Assembly: GCA_963702005.1 (NCBI GenBank) | Contig: OY969696.1 | Location: forward strand, 640,001-704,000 | Direction of reading: 5' to 3' | Origin: Candidatus Aminicenantes bacterium | GTDB taxonomy: Bacteria; Acidobacteriota; Aminicenantia; Aminicenantales; JAFGBC01 | DNA length: 64,000 nt | Part shown: positions 18,210 through 26,765 of the stretch, one piece after another | Layout: the number at the start of each line of letters is the position of its first letter | Position numbering within the stretch: the stretch's first letter is position 1 | Position numbers and translations under genes: made by a program | The notes under the pieces: generated by a model | What the model saw: the letters and a program-made list of their open reading frames with translations, nothing else | What the model was told of the DNA's origin: nothing | The model's database searches: none

Positions 18210-20819
18210 ATGAAAGTCTTCGCCAACCTCTTTTCCCGCGCATCGCCACAAGCGGGACAAAATAACACCCAGGCCACTCCGGATGCTTATTGGAGCCTTG
18301 CAACAGAGCAACTCCTTTCCGCGCTGAAGACTACCGATAACGGCCTCCAGCCAACGGATATTGAGCAGCGTCTGAAGCAATACGGGCTGAATTTAATTAA
18401 AGCAAAGCCGAAGACGGCCGCGTTGTGGCTTTTCCTGAACCAGTTTAGAAGCCCGCTCGTTCTCATCCTCATCTTCGCCGCGGCTATCTCTATCATTCTA
18501 GGCGAATGGGTGGATGCTAGCATCGTGCTGGCCGTGGTGTTCGGCAGCACCGTGCTCGGCTTCGTACAGGAATACCATGCCAGCAACGCCGTCGAGAAAC
18601 TGAGGTCACAGGTCACGATCAAATCCAGTGTCCTCCGTGGAGGTCAGCCGCAGCTGCTGCCCTCCGAACAAGTCGTGCCGGGCGATGTCGTGCTGCTCTC
18701 CGCGGGCAGCCTGATCCCCGCCGACGGCGTCGTACTGGCGGCCAATGACTTCTTTGTCAACCAGGCCGTGCTGACCGGCGAAACCTTCCCGACGGAAAAG
18801 CTTCCGGGGACCGTCGCTGCCAAGGCCGGCCTGGCGGAACGTACCAACTGCGTCTTCATGGGCACCAGCGCCAGCAGCGGAACCGCCCGGGTGTTGATTG
18901 TGCACACCGGCAAGGCCACGGTGTTCGGCCAGATCGCGCAGCGGCTGAACCTGCGGCCGTCCGAGACCGAGTTCGAACGCGGCATTCGTCGCTTCGGCAA
19001 CCTGCTCACGCAAGTCATGCTGGTGATGGTGATCATCGTCCTGACGGCCAACCTCTTCCTCGCCAAGCCGCTAATGGACTCGCTCCTCTTCGCCCTCGCG
19101 CTGGCGGTGGGCCTGACGCCCGAACTCTTGCCCGCCATCATCAGCATCACGCTCTCCCACGGCGCCCAGCGAATGGCCAAACGCGGCGTGATCGTGCGCC
19201 GCCTGAACTCCATCGAGAACTTCGGCAGCATGGACGTGCTGTGCACCGATAAGACCGGCACGCTCACCGAAGGCGTCGTCCGGCTCGACGGCGCGCTCGA
19301 TCCGCAGGGGCAGCCCTCCCAGCCCGTTCTGCGCTACGCCTATCTCAACGCGCACTTCCAGACCGGATTGAATAATCCCCTGGATGAGGCGATTCAAGCT
19401 AGCGCGCAGCAGGCGAAGCTGGATATCAGCGCCGAACACAAGGTGGACGAGATACCCTATGATTTTGTACGGAAATGCTTGAGTGTCGTCACCGCCGATC
19501 CCCGGGGCGAGAGGACCCTCATCACCAAGGGCGCTTTGGACAACGTTCTGAGCATCTGTAACAGCGTACAATCCGGGGAGGGCGCGCATCCGCTGGACGC
19601 GGCCAGACGGGCGGAAATTGAGCGGCGGTACAGCGAATGGAGCGCCCAAGGCTTCCGCGTGCTCGGGCTGGCGACGAAGGCGGTAGGCGAGCGGCCTGGA
19701 GCTTATACGCGCGCCGATGAAAACGCACTCGCCTTCGCCGGCTTTCTGCTCTTTTTCGATCCGCCCAAGGCCGATGTACGGCAAGTCATCGTCGACCTGG
19801 CGAAGCGCGGCGTGCAACTGAAGATCATCACCGGCGACAACCGGAAGGTGGCGCGCCACATCGCGGAGGCGGTGAACTTGCCGGTCCTGGGTGTGCTGAC
19901 CGGCGGCGAGCTGGCCGACCTGCGCGACGAGGCTCTGTGGCATCTGGCCGAACGCACCACGTTCTTCGCGGAAGTGGATCCCAACCAGAAGGAGCGCATC
20001 ATCCTTGCGCTGCGCAAGACCGGGCACGTGGTTGGCTATATGGGCGACGGCATCAACGATGCGCCGGCCTTGCACGCCGCGGACGTAGGCCTTTCGGTGG
20101 ACAGCGCGGTGGATGTCGCCAAGGATGCCGCCGACTTTGTCCTGCTTAAAACGGATTTGGGCATCCTGCGCGAGGGCATCGATGAAGGCCGCCGGACGTT
20201 CGCCAACACGCTCAAGTACATCCTCACGACCATCAGCGCCAACTTCGGCAACATGTTCAGCATGGGCGGGGCTTCGCTGCTCCTGCCATTTCTGCCCCTG
20301 CTCGCCCCGCAAATCCTGCTCAACAACTTCCTTTCCGATATTCCGGCCACAACCATCGCCCGCGATAATGTGGACCCGGAATGGGTCGAGAAGCCGCGCC
20401 GCTGGAATACCAGGTTCATCCGCGACTATATGGTGATCTTCGGCCTGGTCAGTTCGATCTTCGACTTCCTGGCTTTCGGGACGCTGTTGTTTCTATTCCG
20501 CGCCGCGCCTGCGGAGTTCCGCACGGGCTGGTTCATCGAGTCGCTGTTGACGGAGCTGGTCATCGCGCTCGTCGTGCGAACGCGCCATCCCTTCTTCCGC
20601 AGTCGGCCGGCGACACTCTTGCTGGCGAGTACGTTGGTCATCATCGGCATTACACTCGTGCTCCCGTATCTGCCGTACATTTCGGTGTTCGGATTCATCC
20701 CCTTGCCCGCACCGGTCATGGCGACGATGATCGGATTAACGGCGCTCTATGTCCTGGCCGCTGAGTTGACCAAGAAGGTTTTCTACTCTCGGGCGCGGAA
20801 AGCTAGTTGGCAGCCGTAA
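18210..20819 (+). CDS. mgtA: Magnesium-translocating P-type ATPase; last codon(s) replaced by an IS end
   Basis: TGET, PELLP, DKTGTLT, TGDN, GDGINDAP, SANFGN motifs; stop TAA lies inside the IS. Confidence 0.93.
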   Translation: MKVFANLFSRASPQAGQNNTQATPDAYWSLATEQLLSALKTTDNGLQPTDIEQRLKQYGLNLIKAKPKTAALWLFLNQFRSPLVLILIFAAAISIILGEWVDASIVLAVVFGSTVLGFVQEYHASNAVEKLRSQVTIKSSVLRGGQPQLLPSEQVVPGDVVLLSAGSLIPADGVVLAANDFFVNQAVLTGETFPTEKLPGTVAAKAGLAERTNCVFMGTSASSGTARVLIVHTGKATVFGQIAQRLNLRPSETEFERGIRRFGNLLTQVMLVMVIIVLTANLFLAKPLMDSLLFALALAVGLTPELLPAIISITLSHGAQRMAKRGVIVRRLNSIENFGSMDVLCTDKTGTLTEGVVRLDGALDPQGQPSQPVLRYAYLNAHFQTGLNNPLDEAIQASAQQAKLDISAEHKVDEIPYDFVRKCLSVVTADPRGERTLITKGALDNVLSICNSVQSGEGAHPLDAARRAEIERRYSEWSAQGFRVLGLATKAVGERPGAYTRADENALAFAGFLLFFDPPKADVRQVIVDLAKRGVQLKIITGDNRKVARHIAEAVNLPVLGVLTGGELADLRDEALWHLAERTTFFAEVDPNQKERIILALRKTGHVVGYMGDGINDAPALHAADVGLSVDSAVDVAKDAADFVLLKTDLGILREGIDEGRRTFANTLKYILTTISANFGNMFSMGGASLLLPFLPLLAPQILLNNFLSDIPATTIARDNVDPEWVEKPRRWNTRFIRDYMVIFGLVSSIFDFLAFGTLLFLFRAAPAEFRTGWFIESLLTELVIALVVRTRHPFFRSRPATLLLASTLVIIGITLVLPYLPYISVFGFIPLPAPVMATMIGLTALYVLAAELTKKVFYSRARKASWQP

Positions 20820-22244
20820 GGACATCGATAAGCGTTTCTTAATGAGTGAAACCGTAAGGACATCGATAACTGATCGGCCTTCAAGCGATCGGATCGACGA
20901 CTTTACCGACGAACGGAAAAGGAAACGTCTTGATAACCTTCCCCTCGTACTTGACGAAGACTCTGCGATGGTACGTCGAGAGTGTGGCCACGACGTACTG
21001 TCGTTCCAGTCTACGGAGGATGAAATACGCGGCGCCGTTGAATTCGATGCAACCGTGGGCATCCACCTTGCGGACGAACGAGACGCAGCCCTTGGCGATC
21101 GGCAGATCGAGGTGTCCCCGGGAATCGAGATGCTGATCGAGATTGAAGGCGGATGGGAGATGACGAAGTGCGGACCAGAGCCGGTCGCGGAGTTGGCCGG
21201 GAAAGCGGGTGCCGTGATCGGTTGCCCGGAGGCTTCGATTCGGCTTCTCGAAGTGGTAGTAGCGGAGGAATCGTTCGCTCGTGCGGCGCAAGGACCGAAG
21301 ATCCGGACAGGGATGACGGAGCACCCGCGCCTGCCAGACCGCATTGAAGCTTTCGATAGCGGCGTTGCGGCCGGGTTCTTTCGGGGGAATGAAGCGAAGC
21401 TGGATGCCCAACAAAAGATGGAGCCGGATGAGCTGAGAGAGACTGTAGCGATACCGTCCCCCTCCCGTCGCGGCCATCTCGTTGTCCATCTGGGAGATTC
21501 GGGGAAGCCCCATAACTTGCCAGGAATCAACCAGATGACGGCAGAGCGAGATCGTTCTCTTGTCGCGGACCTGGCTGGCCGCAGTGGTCTGTCCGGCGGC
21601 GTCGATGGTGTGGATGGAGTAGAAGCGGGTGACTCCCGCAGGACCGCGGAGATGACGGGGCCCGACCAGGTCGGTTTGCTGAAGGTCGCCCATCTTACGG
21701 GCCGGGACGTAGGGATAGGGAGGCCCGTTGGAGGAGCGTTTGGCCTTGGCCTTTTTCGTTCGTCCGGCGCGGGCCAGGATCTTCTCGATGGTCGAGATGG
21801 CGGGAAGCTGGCGGACGCCCCGTCGCTGAAGCTCGAAATGGATCGTTTCGGCGCCGATGCCGGCAAAAGCGGCGCGACGGGTCTTGTGGGCCGCCAGTTC
21901 GTCGCGCAGGACCAGGATTTTCCGGACCAAGGGCTCCCGCGTTTGATGGGGGATATGTCTCGGTACCCGACTTTGGTCGCGAAGCCCATCAAGCCCGAAT
22001 TTTCGATGGCGATTGAGCCATTTGGAGAGCCAAAAGCCGCTCCGATGGACGGTGCGGAGGATTTCGTTAAACCCAATCCCATCATAGTAATTTTCAATGG
22101 CTTTCTTCCGAGTCTCATATTCGCTCTTGATGCTCACCGCAAAGATCTCCTTCCCACTGGAATGGGAAAGAGTTTAAGCGATGAGCAAATCGCTTATCGA
22201 TGTCCTTACGGTTATTCACTTAGCGATGTCCTTACGGGAACCCC
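20808..22244 (-). mobile_element. IS481-like insertion sequence, copy 1 (1437 bp)
   Basis: Ends TGGCAGCCGTAAGGACATCG / CGATGTCCTTACGGGAACCC; repeated subterminal ccgtaaggacatcg motifs; CTAGT target duplication (20803-07, 22245-49). Confidence 0.9.
20881..22137 (-). CDS. DDE transposase (HTH + rve integrase core), IS481-like
   Basis: KWLNRHRKFGLDGLRDQSRVP HTH region; QTD, MDNE, NAAIESFN DDE core. Confidence 0.9.
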   Translation of the reverse strand: MSIKSEYETRKKAIENYYDGIGFNEILRTVHRSGFWLSKWLNRHRKFGLDGLRDQSRVPRHIPHQTREPLVRKILVLRDELAAHKTRRAAFAGIGAETIHFELQRRGVRQLPAISTIEKILARAGRTKKAKAKRSSNGPPYPYVPARKMGDLQQTDLVGPRHLRGPAGVTRFYSIHTIDAAGQTTAASQVRDKRTISLCRHLVDSWQVMGLPRISQMDNEMAATGGGRYRYSLSQLIRLHLLLGIQLRFIPPKEPGRNAAIESFNAVWQARVLRHPCPDLRSLRRTSERFLRYYHFEKPNRSLRATDHGTRFPGQLRDRLWSALRHLPSAFNLDQHLDSRGHLDLPIAKGCVSFVRKVDAHGCIEFNGAAYFILRRLERQYVVATLSTYHRRVFVKYEGKVIKTFPFPFVGKVVDPIA

Positions 22245-22371
22245 CTAGTGCTTAGGTCAGGTCCAGGCAGAGCGCGATCAAGCGCTGTTGGTAAGGTCCA
22301 AGCGGCGTGGGAGATCAGCCCCACGACCATGGCTCTGAGGTTAGCAAGCGCGGGGGCCACGGCACCGATGG

Positions 22372-22644
22372 CTATCGGATCCTGGATAGCCGAAAAGTCA
22401 CGGCTCCGTGGGGACAGGTGATATCGAGGCCTTCTTGATTCTCTCCCCCAAGTTTTTCGGTGACCATCATGGCCGTCTTCGTCGCGCTCAGGGCGGTAAA
22501 GGCCTGGCAGCAGATCCCTTTTGGTCCGGGCGTCCTGGCGTCGAGAACATAGACTTCTCCTTGCTCGGTTTTAGCCAGTCCCGGGCATACCTTGGTTTCT
22601 GTATTGACGGCGACGGCCCGGCAGCGGATTTGATGCGGAATCAT
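22372..22644 (-). CDS. Small Cys-containing protein, TIGR04076-like
   Basis: VCPG...GICCQAF...TCPHGAVTFRL pattern; AGGAG SD; follows the ArsR gene. Confidence 0.6.
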   Translation of the reverse strand: MIPHQIRCRAVAVNTETKVCPGLAKTEQGEVYVLDARTPGPKGICCQAFTALSATKTAMMVTEKLGGENQEGLDITCPHGAVTFRLSRIR

Positions 22645-22657
22645 GAGGCAGCTCCTT

Positions 22658-23029
22658 TTATCTTGTTTTTCTCTTGGGCGCAGGCTTCTTTTGGCACTCT
22701 TTCAGCAACTTGGTGGGACAATTGAGAGTCCCATCCGCGGCCCTGGGAGACTTGCCCTCTCCCTCGAAAATACCGGCTAGGGTTATTCCCTGGCGCTTCA
22801 TGGCTTCGGCGGAAAACCCGTAGTGCATCCAGACGCCGCGCTTCTCGGCCTTGACCAAGCCTGCCTCCTTGAGCAGGCGGAGGTGCTGGGAAACCGTCGG
22901 CTGCGTCATCTTGAGCCTGGCGGCGATGGTGTTGACGCATTGGGGGTGTTCCTTGAGAAGGCGCAGGACTTTGAGTCGGGACTCAGAGGCGAGGGCCTTG
23001 AAGATTTTGACTTGCTCTCGTTCTTCCAC
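22658..23029 (-). CDS. ArsR/SmtB family transcriptional regulator
   Basis: FKALASESRLKVL, CVNTIA, QPTVSQHLRLLKEAGLV; GTG start with GGAGG SD. Confidence 0.93.
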   Translation of the reverse strand: MEEREQVKIFKALASESRLKVLRLLKEHPQCVNTIAARLKMTQPTVSQHLRLLKEAGLVKAEKRGVWMHYGFSAEAMKRQGITLAGIFEGEGKSPRAADGTLNCPTKLLKECQKKPAPKRKTR

Positions 23030-23080
23030 TTGTCCTCCTTTGGAAAAGGCGTTTCCTTGGATTGGTAATTAAGCGTATTA

Positions 23081-23110
23081 ATATATAGCAATATTCTTAT
23101 ATATTGTCAA
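23081..23110 (-). promoter_or_regulatory. Sigma70 promoter with overlapping palindromic (ArsR-type) operator
   Basis: TTGACA at 23110-23105, 17-bp spacer, TATATA; imperfect palindrome atatatagcaatattcttatatat. Confidence 0.65.
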
Positions 23111-23157
23111 GCCTATTCTGAATTTTAGGATTGATGGAAACAGAACGGTCCGTCGCC

Positions 23158-24720
23158 TCAGAGGACGACGGCCCCGGACAAGACGTCCTTGGCGCCGCTG
23201 AGAATGTCAACGGCCTCGATGATGACGAAGTGATCGCCGGCTTGCAGCTTCTGGAGGTTGAGCGAGATGTGGATCTTCTCCTGGACAAGCTCTAAGGTCT
23301 TCATCTCTTCGAAAACCTTAGTCGATTTATCGTCGAAAATCGTGATCTTAACCGCGGCTCGGCCCAGGTCCTTCCCGTTCTTGGAGATCCGGATATAGTT
23401 CCCGATAGTAAAGGCGATGGTCTTGGGCCGGTATTCGAGGCCGGAGATCGCGATGGCCGGAGGCTTAACGCCGACGAATTTCTTCAGGGAGACGACGTCG
23501 ACCCCCTCCCGGCGGACCCGGACCTCGATCGTCCGTTCTTTCTCTCCCCCTTTATCTTGGGGCTGGTAGACAAGCAGATAGTACTTGTCTTCCTTGACGG
23601 CCGCCTCCTTCAGCGTCTCCAGGACCATGTTGGAAAACGCGGTCAGGCCGCCCGTCGACCGGCTGATCCGGCGCAGGACATCTTCATAGTCCCCGTTGAC
23701 GTCCCGGAGTTCCAAATCCTGAGACCAGTTGGACGCCGGTCGAGACAGAGACTTCATGAGGAGGAGGTGGAAGGTGATGTTGGCCTCGGCGAAGAGCGCG
23801 CGGATTTGATCAGCGGGAAGGAGGGTCGTTATGTCGAACGAGCGTTGAAGTTCATCCAGCTGGGTCTGGGCAATTCTGGCCCGGGTTTGAGGAAGGGGCT
23901 CGACCTGGAGGCCGAGAAAGTTCCTGATTTCCGTGTCCAGCCGGCCCTGAGACCTGAGCCTTGGGAAAAGGTCGCGCTGCTGGAAACAGATGGCCCATTT
24001 CTCGCCGTCCCAGCGTTCAAGCTTTCGAATGACGGCCCGGTACAGATCCAGGTTGACGTCCAGGAGTCGCCTCCTGTAATCTCCCCAGGTTCTTTTATAC
24101 TCTTCGCAGAATTGACTGATGGCTTGGAATAAGTCTTGCGTCGGGTAATCGGTCACTTCGTTTCCCGACAGGGCGGCCACCAGATTTTCCGCTCTCCCCT
24201 CCAGAGAATGGAACGACCTCGAGATTTCAAACCCCGAAATCTTCTTATACTTGATTAGGGAGTCCTTGATCCTGGAAACGAGGGCGTCGATGTTCTGACC
24301 CGGTTGGGTGTCGAAAACTTTGTCTTCGACCAAGACGATCATCCGGTCGTTGGGCGTAAAAATGGTTTTAAAAAAGTAATCGATCGCCTCCCCGACTTGA
24401 TCCGTGTAATCGAAGACGTTGAAGATGAGGACAAAGTTTCTGGGCCGGGGCGTCCCGGGGAGCAGTCCGGGGAACGCGACCGCGGCCGGAGCAATCGTCC
24501 TCGAGACGGCCTCGAATCCCGTGATTTCCTGTTTGAGGCCGTTTTCATAGACTTCAAAATCCTCCTTGGTCAGGCCGGCGATAAAGCCTTTGCTGTCAAA
24601 CACCCGGACCGGGACTTCGACCGCGGTGACCACGACCGATTCCCTGGGTTTGTTTTGAGGACTGAGGACACCGACGGAAACAAGGAGGACGATCAATGCC
24701 GACAGGCGAATCTTTTTCAT
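23158..24720 (-). CDS. Secreted VWFA-related (acidobacterial-type) protein
   Basis: Signal peptide; VEVPVRVFD, GLTKEDFEVYENG, STGG, YYLLVY, IEVRV motifs. Confidence 0.7.
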   Translation of the reverse strand: MKKIRLSALIVLLVSVGVLSPQNKPRESVVVTAVEVPVRVFDSKGFIAGLTKEDFEVYENGLKQEITGFEAVSRTIAPAAVAFPGLLPGTPRPRNFVLIFNVFDYTDQVGEAIDYFFKTIFTPNDRMIVLVEDKVFDTQPGQNIDALVSRIKDSLIKYKKISGFEISRSFHSLEGRAENLVAALSGNEVTDYPTQDLFQAISQFCEEYKRTWGDYRRRLLDVNLDLYRAVIRKLERWDGEKWAICFQQRDLFPRLRSQGRLDTEIRNFLGLQVEPLPQTRARIAQTQLDELQRSFDITTLLPADQIRALFAEANITFHLLLMKSLSRPASNWSQDLELRDVNGDYEDVLRRISRSTGGLTAFSNMVLETLKEAAVKEDKYYLLVYQPQDKGGEKERTIEVRVRREGVDVVSLKKFVGVKPPAIAISGLEYRPKTIAFTIGNYIRISKNGKDLGRAAVKITIFDDKSTKVFEEMKTLELVQEKIHISLNLQKLQAGDHFVIIEAVDILSGAKDVLSGAVVL

Positions 24721-24882
24721 GCGACCCCCTGGGCGTTGCCATCCCTTTCTTCCATCTGCATATTTTATGCCAGATATGCGCCCTGATGATAATCTTACAA
24801 GGGCGGAACTCTGTCACTGAGTATAGACACCCGTCCACTTTTCATCCTCTCGTGCCGTCTGGCGATTTCTTCCGATGGGCTC

Positions 24883-24923
24883 CCGCGTCGATTCCATACG
24901 CTCCATTTTATCAAATTAATGAG
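24883..24923. repeat. Imperfect direct repeat, copy 2 (relic of the hrpA 5' end)
   Basis: Minus strand TGATAAAAT-7 nt-ATG GAA TCG ACG CGG (MESTR versus HrpA METTR); sits at the GC-to-AT transition. Confidence 0.7.
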
Positions 24924-24984
24924 TCCTTTTATTCTTAAACTACATTGACGCTGCTTATTTGCGAAACTGGCTATCTTTAAGATG

Positions 24985-25013
24985 TTGACTTTTCTATGTT
25001 ACGGCCTTAATCT
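24985..25013 (+). promoter_or_regulatory. Candidate promoter for the RT locus
   Basis: TTGACT-17 bp-TAATCT; an alternative TATAAT lies at 25129-25134. Confidence 0.45.
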
Positions 25014-25050
25014 TCAATGGAAAGGGTTGGTTTTGTTTAGTTACTTTGTT

Positions 25051-25118
25051 TTTCAATCGGATCGTGATGCTTTTGGAGTCTCTAAAAACTCCCATTCAAG
25101 ATCTCCCGATGATTGAAA
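25051..25118 (+). ncRNA. Candidate structured RNA/leader hairpin upstream of the RT
   Basis: Nested arms tttcaatc/gattgaaa, gatc/gatc, ggagt/actcc. Confidence 0.35.
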
Positions 25119-25196
25119 GGTCATGATTTATAATAAAAATGTCGTTTGCGTGGAAATGAAAGGCATTGACGATAATAGAAACCTAAAAGGAAATAA

Positions 25197-26711
25197 ATGG
25201 GTAGGATACCATTAGATCATTTTAGAGATACTGAAAAGCTAGCTAAAGCGCTAAATAAGCCAGATATCTATGAGTGGCTTGTTACAACTGGCTACTTCCC
25301 AGAGTCATATGTATTGCCTCCATGCTTTCAAGTGATAGACCATCCTGCATATGGGAAGAGATATTTCTCTCATTCAATGAGAAATTTTAAGCCTAAATTA
25401 GCTGAGTATCATCAAGTTAGTTTCCCGAAAACAGAGTTAATTGATAGAACTTTTGCATTGATTGATCCAGAGCTTCATTTGGATATCGCATATGCGATAA
25501 CGAAAAACTGGAATAAAATTATCGATTGTATTTTCCACAAAAACAACAAAGTGTGTTCATACAGTTTTCCTATTCCGCTTAATTCGGCGACTCCAGGGAA
25601 GATCGGAGGCTTACGGAGTGGCCGGATGATCTATGAATATATTGAAATGGCTGAAAACGATATTGCTAAAATAGCATATAATTATAAATACCTAATAAAG
25701 ACAGACATTACCAACTTTTACCCCTCAATTTACACTCACAGTATTTCTTGGGCTATACATGGGAAGGCTACTATACGTAAACTCTCCAACCGATATAATT
25801 ACTCATATATTGGAAACCGCCTGGATAAATTGTTCCAAAACTCTAATGATGGGTGCACCATTGGAATCCCGATTGGTCCCGCAGTTTCAGATCTAATAGC
25901 AGAAGTAATATTAGCCGGAGTAGATAGACAATTATCAAAATTAATTGATGATGATGCAGTCGTTGTTAGATTCAAAGACGACTATCGTATTCTCGTAAAA
26001 AGTGAATCTAAAGGCAAGGATTTAATTAAATCCCTCCAGGCTAATCTAAAAGAGTTTAAGCTTGATCTTAACAACGAAAAAACAAAGTACTATGAGTTGC
26101 CAGATGGGTTGTTTCGTAATTGGGTATCTCAGTATCATGCTGCGAATCCGAGACCGAAAGCCTATTATAGTTTCAGAAGATTTAAAGAAGTCTATTTATC
26201 AGTAATAAACATAGACAGACAGAATCCATCTACTGGTGTGATAGACAGGTTTCTAGCGGACATAGTGACAAAAGAATACCTGCTTCGTTTTAATTTGAAC
26301 TCGAGGACTTTGCCTAAAATTATTAGTCTCCTTCTGATGTTGGCTGACTTAAGAATCAAAGCATTTCCAAAAGTGTTAGCAATTATTGAATCTATACTAA
26401 AGTCACCTTTTGGTAAAGCGCATTCTGATAATATCGTTAGATACCTCGATAATTTACTGCAAACACTTTCCGAGCATGAATTGAATAATAGATACCTTAT
26501 CAGTTGGATATGTTATTTCTTTAAGGCCAATAAATTAGATAAGAAAATGGCCCACAAGTATAAGTTCAAAGATCCTATCATCCGTTCTATTTACACCAGT
26601 CGCTCAGCAATTTTCAAAGATAGTATTGATTTTAAGCTCTTTTTGGGGGCTAAATCAGTGGCGAAAAAAGTAAATTTATTGGCACATCTCGATGCATTTA
26701 AGCCGCAATAG
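25197..26711 (+). CDS. Abi/UG (DRT)-type reverse transcriptase with helical C-terminal region
   Basis: GYFPESYVLPPCF N-terminus, FPKT..R, DITNFYPSIYTHSISWA, GIPIGPAVSDLIAE, RFKDDY (YxDD variant), LNNEKT; strongly AT-rich. Confidence 0.9.
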   Translation: MGRIPLDHFRDTEKLAKALNKPDIYEWLVTTGYFPESYVLPPCFQVIDHPAYGKRYFSHSMRNFKPKLAEYHQVSFPKTELIDRTFALIDPELHLDIAYAITKNWNKIIDCIFHKNNKVCSYSFPIPLNSATPGKIGGLRSGRMIYEYIEMAENDIAKIAYNYKYLIKTDITNFYPSIYTHSISWAIHGKATIRKLSNRYNYSYIGNRLDKLFQNSNDGCTIGIPIGPAVSDLIAEVILAGVDRQLSKLIDDDAVVVRFKDDYRILVKSESKGKDLIKSLQANLKEFKLDLNNEKTKYYELPDGLFRNWVSQYHAANPRPKAYYSFRRFKEVYLSVINIDRQNPSTGVIDRFLADIVTKEYLLRFNLNSRTLPKIISLLLMLADLRIKAFPKVLAIIESILKSPFGKAHSDNIVRYLDNLLQTLSEHELNNRYLISWICYFFKANKLDKKMAHKYKFKDPIIRSIYTSRSAIFKDSIDFKLFLGAKSVAKKVNLLAHLDAFKPQ

Positions 26712-26765
26712 GGTGTTTATCAAATTCATAGGCTCGGGAAACAGAAGGCGTCGCTATTTATTAGC

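Noticed and set aside
20736-22248. Long alternative-frame ORFs over the IS (468 aa +, 460 aa -; repeated in copy 2)
   Set aside because: No recognisable motifs; they shadow the transposase and their ends depend on flanking DNA. Three long open frames is mildly odd, but nothing supports coding.
22256-22350. Second attC site after mgtA (GTTAGCA at ~22340)
   Set aside because: No matching RYYYAAC box or convincing stem.
25197-26711. Retron, group II intron or DGR reverse transcriptase
   Set aside because: No VTG/NAxxH retron motifs, no a1/a2 repeats, no intron domain V/X, no TR/VR pair or avd gene; motifs fit Abi/UG RTs.
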